Origin: Octopus vulgaris
Lineage: Eukaryota
Assembly (NCBI GenBank): GCA_951406725.2
Contig: OX597816.1
Coordinates: forward strand, 107,880,001-107,944,000
Direction of reading: 5' to 3'
Length of the DNA stretch: 64,000 bases
Shown here: piece after piece, positions 56,732 through 64,000 of the stretch
Layout: each line of letters starts with the position of its first letter
How positions within the stretch are numbered: the first letter of the stretch is position 1
Program-made: the position numbers and the translations under genes
The notes under the pieces: generated by a model
What the model was told of the DNA's origin: nothing
Seen by the model: only the letters and a program-made list of their open reading frames with translations
Database searches by the model: none

Positions 56732-56925
56732 ATAGCACGTCGGGCCTAATGCTTAGCAGTATTTTGCCTGTCTTTACGTTCTAAGTTCAGATTCTGCTGA
56801 GGTCGACTCTGATTTCATCCTTTCGGAATGGATAAATTAAGTAACAGATGCGTACCGGGTTTGATTTAATCGACTGACCCCCTCCACAAAAATGTCAGGC
56901 CTTGTGCCTAGAGTAGAAAAGAATA
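56732..56925 (+). mobile_element. SINE family A
   Basis: GAGGTCGACT...TTTCATCCTTTCGG...GATAAATTAAGTA...GGCCTTGTGCCTAGAGTAGAAAAG. Confidence 0.8.
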
Positions 56926-57124
56926 TTTCTTACCAAAAGAGAAAGAGTCGGTTTCTAACATATATCCAAAGCTACATCCTACGTATGTATGTATGTATGT
57001 ATGTATGTATGTATGTATGTATGTATGTATGTATGTATGTATGTATGTATGTATGTATGTATGTATGCATTTATGTATGTATGTACGCATGCGTGTACAC
57101 ATGTATGTATGTGTGTATCTATCT

Positions 57125-57237
57125 CGAGTAGAAGGCTGTAGTAGAAGAGAAATGCCCAAGGTGTCATGCAATAGAGTTGAACCTGGGACCATTTGGTTGA
57201 GAAGCAAACTTTTTACCGCACAGTCAAACCTGCACCT
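57125..57237 (-). mobile_element. SINE family B head fragment
   Basis: GGCTGTAGTAGAAGA...TGCCCAAGGTGTCATGC...TGGTTGAGAAGCAAAC. Confidence 0.75.
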
Positions 57238-57741
57238 TATTTGCAGATAAAATATACCACCGTTACCACTCAAAGAGTTAGTATAATACAGAAGAACGTA
57301 GGAAGCAGAGCTTAAAGTATTTTATGTCCTTAAAACAAACAGCTAAGAACAAGAAATATTAATGTTCAAATGTAAACGGATTTCAATAATTTGGAAAAAC
57401 CTCTCTAGAGGAAGGATCCGGGAATATTTTATTTTTGCTTTTCTTTTGGTACAAAAAATACTTCTCGGCCACATACATTAATAAAGAAACAAAGACACAA
57501 GTAACAGACTTAGATCCATAAGATCAATTAAGTAAATATTTTGGAAGATATACAAAACTACATCGCAGACATATAAACGTGCAATATTATATGTTTGTAT
57601 ATGTGTGTTTTAGAACAGGCATAGCACCAGGAACATTACCGTTCAAATCACAACGAAATACACGAGTTGGATAGAGTGGATATATATTTCGTTTTGGGAT
57701 TTGGTTTGCAAGATTCTTTATGTGAGTTCGTATGTTGAAGC

Positions 57742-58016
57742 ATATTCTGTTGTGTCTGGGGAGATTTATTTTCTTTTTGTGCCTTATAATTTAACACACT
57801 CACCGGTAAAATTTCCACTTATTTCTTATTTTTATTTTCCCAAAATTTTCGTTGCGTCTTTCAACCTTTTCATGAGTCAAGACTATTGGAAAGGTTACAA
57901 GACGCAACAAAAATTTTAGGTAAATAAAAATAAGAAATAAGTGGAAATTTTACCGGTGAGTGTGTTAAATTATAAGGCACAAAAATAAAATGACTCTCCC
58001 CAGACCCAACAGTATA

Positions 58017-58017
<1 letters not shown>
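57742..58017. repeat. Fold-back inverted repeat, about 130-bp arms (PLE-terminus-like)
   Basis: 57742-57872 is the reverse complement of 57887-58017 with about 10 mismatches; the same peptide text appears in ORFs on both strands. Confidence 0.93.
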
Positions 58018-58080
<63 letters not shown>

Positions 58081-58209
58081 CACATATAAGAGGGATGACC
58101 TCTAAGTGAACATCCATATGCTTGAAGTCGACTCCCTATGGTCTTACCACTAAGAAATGTGCTCTCAAGAAAATTTAGCAAACGCCAGCACGTAAGCGAG
58201 CAAGCCATC

Positions 58210-58244
58210 GGTTCTCATTCCTAAGGAATTTTTCAATGTTTTTA

Positions 58245-58279
<35 letters not shown>

Positions 58280-58602
58280 TAGGTCAAAGCCTGGAATGGT
58301 ACTCGGAATCTTGGGTTAGTAGCCCGCGCTCTTAACCACTACGCCATATGCTCACGGGCATTCCAGGCAGTGACCTGAATAATAATAATAATAATAATAA
58401 CAACAACAACATCGAAAAATACCTTCGGAATGAGAACCCAGGTTCGAAATTTCTCCAAGACACCTGATGAAGGCTAGAGGGTATATCAGCCGAAACCTTG
58501 TGTTAACAACAAACAAGATGAGGACAAATATCCGTCAAATGTAAATAATGTAAATAACGTAAATAATGCACATCATTCCTCATCTCTTAAATATAGAACT
58601 GT
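58210..58602. mobile_element. tRNA-headed, hammerhead-bearing short element in inverted partial duplication
   Basis: Minus copy 58359-58210 carries head plus body; plus copy from 58360 repeats the body and continues into the hammerhead and (TGTAAATAA)n. Confidence 0.75.
58460..58503 (+). ncRNA. Minimal type I hammerhead ribozyme motif (this copy probably mutated)
   Basis: ACAC-CTGATGA-A-GGCT...AGCC-GAAAC-CTT-GTGT: canonical core, stems I and II pair; CTT where GTH is expected. Confidence 0.7.
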
Positions 58603-58604
58603 AT

Positions 58605-58782
58605 TAACCGGTTTTAGTGTATTTATGTCCCTATAGCTGGGCGGTTCGGTAAAGAGATTGATAGAATACGCACTAGGCTTTAAAAAGGTATTGGGTTCGA
58701 TTCGTTCTACTAAATCCTTGAAGCTGGTACCCCAGCATGGCCACAGCCTAATGATTGAAGCAAGTAACAAATAAAAGATAGA
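58605..58782 (+). mobile_element. SINE family B 3' half
   Basis: GGCGGTTCGGTAAAGAG...GGTACCCCAGCATGGCCACAG...TGAAGCAAGTAA. Confidence 0.8.
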
Positions 58783-59100
58783 AGATACTTTCCACCAAAT
58801 TCTACAGTATTTCAAACATTTTATGAGTCATTAATTTCATGACATTAGTGCTTTATTTTTGACTTTTATTATTTTGTTCCATCTTCCACCATCTAATTAG
58901 ATTTTCAGTTAGATTTCTATGCAGACATGGTTGTACAATGAAATAAAATTTTACTGCAAATACTCATAGTCCTAATTTGAACAATATTTAAGTTATGATC
59001 TCCAAGATTAACCCATTGTTAATGCCAAAATACTTTGGCCTTACTGGTATTTGGAGAAAGAATTAAGTGACACATAACCTCTCGTGGTTTGAAGAGAACA

Positions 59101-59185
59101 ATTTATTCTTTTCTACTCTAGGCACAAAGCCCGAACTTTTGGAAGAGGGGCCAGTCGATTAGATCGACCCCAGTACGCAACTGGC
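59101..59185 (-). mobile_element. SINE family A tail fragment
   Basis: TTCTACTCTAGGCACAA...GATCGACCCCAGTACGCAACTGG. Confidence 0.75.
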
Positions 59186-60489
59186 TATTTGTCATTCATT
59201 CAATTATTACATTAGCGTTGTAAGCTTTTCCACCTTAAAGTTATATTTCCGCCTTACTTTTCTCAGGGGAATCCCTTTCTTTTCTATTATCAGAATTCCA
59301 ATACAAGAATTAAGATCCTTCATAAGTATTTAAGCTTATCTGCCACTCGTCTGTCTTATCGTGATTGATTCGTTATATTGTTCACTTATTCTGATTTCAA
59401 TCTTACTGAACAAGCGCCCTTCGCATAACCGCGATGATGTATGCTGAAAAGGGTTTTACTACTCATCAAGTTTCAGAAGTTTTTTTTCTGATATAACTCA
59501 TATTTCTACATCACAGATTAGATGGAATTTGTGATTTCGTTTTCCGACTGATCACTTATTATTTCTTTCTCGATGTCTTATGATAATCTGCTGGTTTGAA
59601 TAACGTTGTCATCATCATTGTTTGCATGATAGTATGATGTATTTGACGGCTCAAGTATTTTGTCAGTATTTATGTCTGTATCTTGATCGAGTAGGAAACG
59701 GTTAGTTGTCTGAGAATAATTCGCTTCCCCTCAGCTAGCTGGACATCTGAATCACATTTTTTTTCATCATTACTTTCACATGTCACGTTGTATTGTTAGC
59801 ATATCTATGCAGTTTTCTTTCATCTTTCTTTAACACAGATATTCGTTCTTCAACGTTTCTTCTTGATCCTGACAACGCTTTTATATAATTCTTGAGTCCT
59901 GTTTTCTTTGTCACGAGCATATATCATATTCACTTTTCGTCTTACCACATTTTCGCCAACCGTATTATACATGCATACATCCATTTCATCTATACACTCA
60001 TATTACACATGTACAAACACACATACTCATACAAACGTACATATAAATGTACATACATACAAACACACACAAACACACGTGCACGCGAACAAGCACACAC
60101 ACATAAGTGGTATATCTTACTACTTAGCAACAAAGCCGAGTACATGTAACTCATTATATATACATTACACACACATACACACACAAACGCATACACACAA
60201 ACACACACACACAGATAATGGCAAGCATGCATACATACATGTGTATACTGGGAAAACTTTTAGCAGTTTCCTTTCCTGCATTTTATTTTTTCTGTTTTTT
60301 TTTGTCAAGCTTTTCTAACCAATTATGTTAAAGCTGTTATTTTATAAGGAAAATGCTATCTTATTTATACCTACTACACCCACTATCTCTTTTCTATCAC
60401 TGAACTCCGAATTTAATTTTAAGTTGCCTAATATGCCATAATCTTTCTTAATTTTTTCCCTAATTTCTGTGAGTTGCATTTTAACGGTT

Positions 60490-61890
60490 TCATCTCTTTA
60501 TTGTTATAGATGGTCTTGGATTAAACTTTGCACAATTTTTAGCACGATAATCCCTGTAAATATTTTCACACCTCCATATAAAGTATATCACTTATAAGTT
60601 TTCCTTAGCATCTGAACGCTATGGTAGTATTTTTTTATGAAATCGCTTCTAGACCAAAGTGCAAATGGCTTAATGATTCCCTCCAAAGATACCGCTTCCT
60701 ATGTACATAGCTCTGCTCTTATTTATCTCTTATCTGTCTTGATGGTATGGCTGGGTTTTATTAACGATAGCATTGTTAAAATAGACTGTATCGTATTCTT
60801 GAGAGCGGCATGCTCTCAAATAAATCATTCGATAATTAAGCCAAGGCAAGTTAAATTTTGTTTTCCTCCTTTTACTCCATTACATTATCGATCGTTCGAC
60901 TAGAAGCTATTCTTTATAACCATACATTCCTTTCTAGCACTTGCTTATCCTGATGCACTATACACTGTTTAACCACTAAATTGAACAGTATCGATGTCAG
61001 AGTTTTCTATGCTGTTGGCAAACAACAAATTATAGAAATTATGGAAGCCTATAACATTGTGGGTATCTAGTATCTTTACTTTGGAAGATTTGTTTGACTT
61101 TCCTCTACTACTGTTGGTGTCGATTGTGGACTGCTTATCCGTTTTACCAGTTCATTGAATGTTATTGCTATAAACCGAACTGTACTGATCGTTAGGGATA
61201 TTTTAAACTCCAGTTGCTTGGAAGTTTTAATGTGTTGGGGAATTCCTTGTTGGTTATAGTGGACTAATATATCGGCACTCTTAAGCTTTTTTCTCCTATC
61301 TTATACTTGTAGTTTGTTTAAAAACTGAAAAGTGTTTTTACGCGTTTTGCACTTATTCTTACTGTTCTAATAATAGTCTACTCTATATTTATGTCGCCGA
61401 ACAACAGATGTTTCACAATAATTTTCTAGTAGTATGAGACATCATACTACCCTATATTGGTGATAAATATTACCTTTCTTTATCAAAATTTTGACAGCGT
61501 ATTCTAACTGTTATTATTTTACTTGTTTTCCCCGTCTAGTTTAGCTAATCTACTTATGGTCCAGTCGAAGCTATTATAAATATAACTCACTGGTGAGACA
61601 GCCTTTAGTATTTTAAGTATTAATCTAATGCATCTATAATAATTCTTTCCTAAAATTCCCATTATTTCTGTGAGTCGTATACTGTCTAGTTTATTAATTC
61701 GTACGTATTTGTAAGTCTGTGTTTTATCTAATTCTATTATCCCTCTATTATTTTTTCATCTTGCATTGACATTAGTATTTTCAATTCATTTTCCTCTCTT
61801 CAACACTGCCTTGGTACATTTTTTTCTAATTCGAATTTTGAAGAAAATCTCTAGCTAGCTGAATTAATATCTCTAGATGTGTTTAGATGT
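60490..61890 (-). mobile_element. Highly degraded R4/Dong-like non-LTR retrotransposon
   Basis: Remnants KGMYGYKE*LL, WLNYR, a GIF..SLS-like motif, ILYM, KFELEK.CTKAVLKRGK, IELDKTQTYKY and SYIYNSFDWTISRLAK.LD resemble R4-clade RT and thumb motifs. Confidence 0.65.
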
Positions 61891-61967
61891 TTATCATTGA
61901 CTGCGTACAAAATGTGCTCATACATATCAACGAGATGCCTGATTGTCCGCATATAAATAAATAAATA

Positions 61968-62212
61968 CACCCTTTTAAAGCTAAGCCAGGCTCATGGGCC
62001 TGGTTTCCCGGTTTCAATGGCGTATGTTTTTCCCAGCTGGACGGAACACCAGTCCATCGCAGCGTTACTCATTTTTGCCCAGCTGAGTGGACTGGAGCAA
62101 CGTGAAATGAAGTGTTTTGCTCAAAAACATAACACGTCGCCTGGTCCAGGAATCGAAACCACAATCTTACGATCATGATGCTGACACCCTAACCACTAAA
62201 GCAACGCGCCTC
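61968..62212 (-). mobile_element. tRNA/CORE-like SINE family F
   Basis: Head (plus-strand text CCCTAACCACTAAAGCAACGCGCCTC, GGAATCGAAACC), core shared with family D, distinct tail. Confidence 0.85.
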
Positions 62213-63584
62213 CTCGATTGTCCTCACATAACGTTTCTATTCGATCTTAGTCTTATTTAAGATGTTTTTTTTTAAGTACTTACACCCATCTCCTGTTTAT
62301 TACTGGCAATTTTCTTGTGTAATTCACCTTTGTTCTATCCCCAACGTGTTGAACATTTGTTACCAACAAAAGAATTCATCATAATTATCATCATCCTCAT
62401 CCAATTGGACTTATATCATGCAAGTTATGTAATTCAAGTGGAATGCTGTTAGTTACACTAAAGCAGCTCCCATCTTTTATTTCTCATCAAAACAAATATT
62501 TTCATTGTTGAGATTATGTTTAATTTAGTGACAGAAAAGCAATGATACCTTTAGTGGTACGTCTGCCTTGAATACAGAGGGTACGTAGTTCAGGTGTCAT
62601 CTTTTCTATCCAGCGTATTATCGGGTAATACTTACATCTGAATCCACTTTGAGACACGTCGTTAATAATGTCTTATTCACATATTTCCCCGAACTCCTAC
62701 ATTTGTGTTCTAAAAGCAAAAGTTTCAGTATATTATTATCTTCATTATTGACACACTGGATGTGCAGCATACATAAATGTCATATTTACTAGTCGATGAA
62801 TACTGCAATTAAAAAGGGGAAATGAATATATACATTGTTTGCGTGAAAATGAATGTATATCGTAAGCATGAATATTAGTAGAAAGGCATTTAAGAAGAGC
62901 TACAAGTTATCATTTATGCACACATCGTCAGTCTATGTAGCTTTGCTCCAAGAAAAGAAATATAGCTACAATTCCCATGCTACTTGTATTTAAAAACATT
63001 ACTAATGCATATCACTAAAGCTTTGGTTCTGCAGAAGGTCTCAAGTAGAAATAATAGCTGCGATTTAACGCATGGGTACAAACATATCTGTCTAATTAAG
63101 AAGTTCAGCTTGCAATTAAATGTTTCCCGCTCAATACCAGTGCGTAGTATACAAGATAAAAGCTTGAAAAACGAAAACTATTTGGAAGCCCGTCAGAAGG
63201 AATTATCATTGTTCTTAAGTGGCAGACATTTGTTGCCCCATTGAAAACACGCATCTAGTTCTTTGTTACTTTTTAACAGAGCCCACTCAGTTCCGATCTG
63301 AAGACATCTTTCTCTTTTTCTTGTTTTCAGCTCTCATTTGATGTGAAAAGAGGTATGGATGAGGTCCTTACCTCTTATTCAAAGCAGGAATAGAAGACAG
63401 AAAGTTATTAACAGCACAGCCTTGCATCTAGTTGCATTTAATAAAGTTTATCCCCCAGACGGGCAGAGTTTAGCACTCAGACAAGTTTTGTTACTCTTTT
63501 CCACCCAAGTATTTTTCTAATGTTATATGCTATTATTTTGAGTAAGTAGAATCGCTACAGCATCGAATAAGTGCTTTGTGGCAC

Positions 63585-63735
63585 ATGTTCTAGCTTCCTA
63601 CATTCTGGCCCCCAAATTCTGCTGAGGTCAGCTTTGCTTTTCATTCTTTCGGTATCGATAAAATATAGAATTATTCGAGTACTGGAGCGAAGTGATCGAC
63701 AAACCCCTTTCACTCAAAACTGTTGGACCAAATCA
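63585..63735 (+). mobile_element. Degenerate SINE family A
   Basis: CAAATTCTGCTGAGGTCAGCTTTGCTTTTCATTCTTTCGGTATCGATAAAATA. Confidence 0.7.
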
Positions 63736-64000
63736 AAAATCATTATTTATAGCTGATTTAGCTTCGAGAAACATCGTTAATAAAGACTTATTTGCACGTT
63801 TCTCAACTCTTCTACAGTTACGCTCTAAATGTAATCGTTTTTGTTTAGAAATCAGTGGTGTTGGTCTCACCATTCTGGAAGGCTGGGCAAATATCGGGTT
63901 TACTACCCCACAACTCCCGTTGTTTTGAATAACTTCATACAAGAAAACAACGACTGAAAGAAACGGCTTTTGAATATTTTGACTGACCGAAAGTTCTTAA

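Larger units (their letters stand above)
52720..63437 (-). pseudogene. Probable decayed multi-exon gene for a secreted or GPI-anchored Cys-rich protein
   Basis: Phase-compatible exon remnants: 63437-63372 (signal-peptide-like, donor G|GTAAGG), 62709-62636 (acceptor TTTTGCTTTTAG, donor GTAAGT), an exon ending at 53668 (donor GTAAGT), and 52898-52720 (acceptor TTTACTTTTATTAG, Cys-rich); one in-frame stop and apparent frameshifts. Confidence 0.5.

Noticed and set aside
63733-63998. Overlapping ORFs at the window end
   Set aside because: No recognisable homology and no context beyond the window edge

Overview
AT-rich, microsatellite-saturated eukaryotic DNA. The SINE families look like those of Octopus (recognition from memory, no search run). 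No intact protein-coding gene is visible, and most long ORFs in the track are translated microsatellites. The window contains: (i) about 25 SINE copies from several modular families, including tRNA-headed Meta-core and CORE-like types and one 5S rRNA-headed copy; (ii) decayed transposons: a Helitron helicase remnant plus non-autonomous Helitrons, a mariner and a mariner MITE, CR1 and R4/Dong-like LINE fragments, and three different Penelope-like (PLE) reverse transcriptase remnants; (iii) several hammerhead-ribozyme-like motifs and long fold-back inverted repeats typical of PLE termini; (iv) a probable decayed multi-exon gene for a secreted Cys-rich protein on the minus strand (about 52.7-63.4 kb). 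The most unusual object is at 58.2-58.6 kb: a tRNA/Pol III-headed short element whose body carries a PLE-type minimal hammerhead and is integrated as an inverted partial duplication, which suggests a PLE-mobilised, ribozyme-bearing SINE. Coordinates were read by eye; the ends of degraded repeats are approximate.
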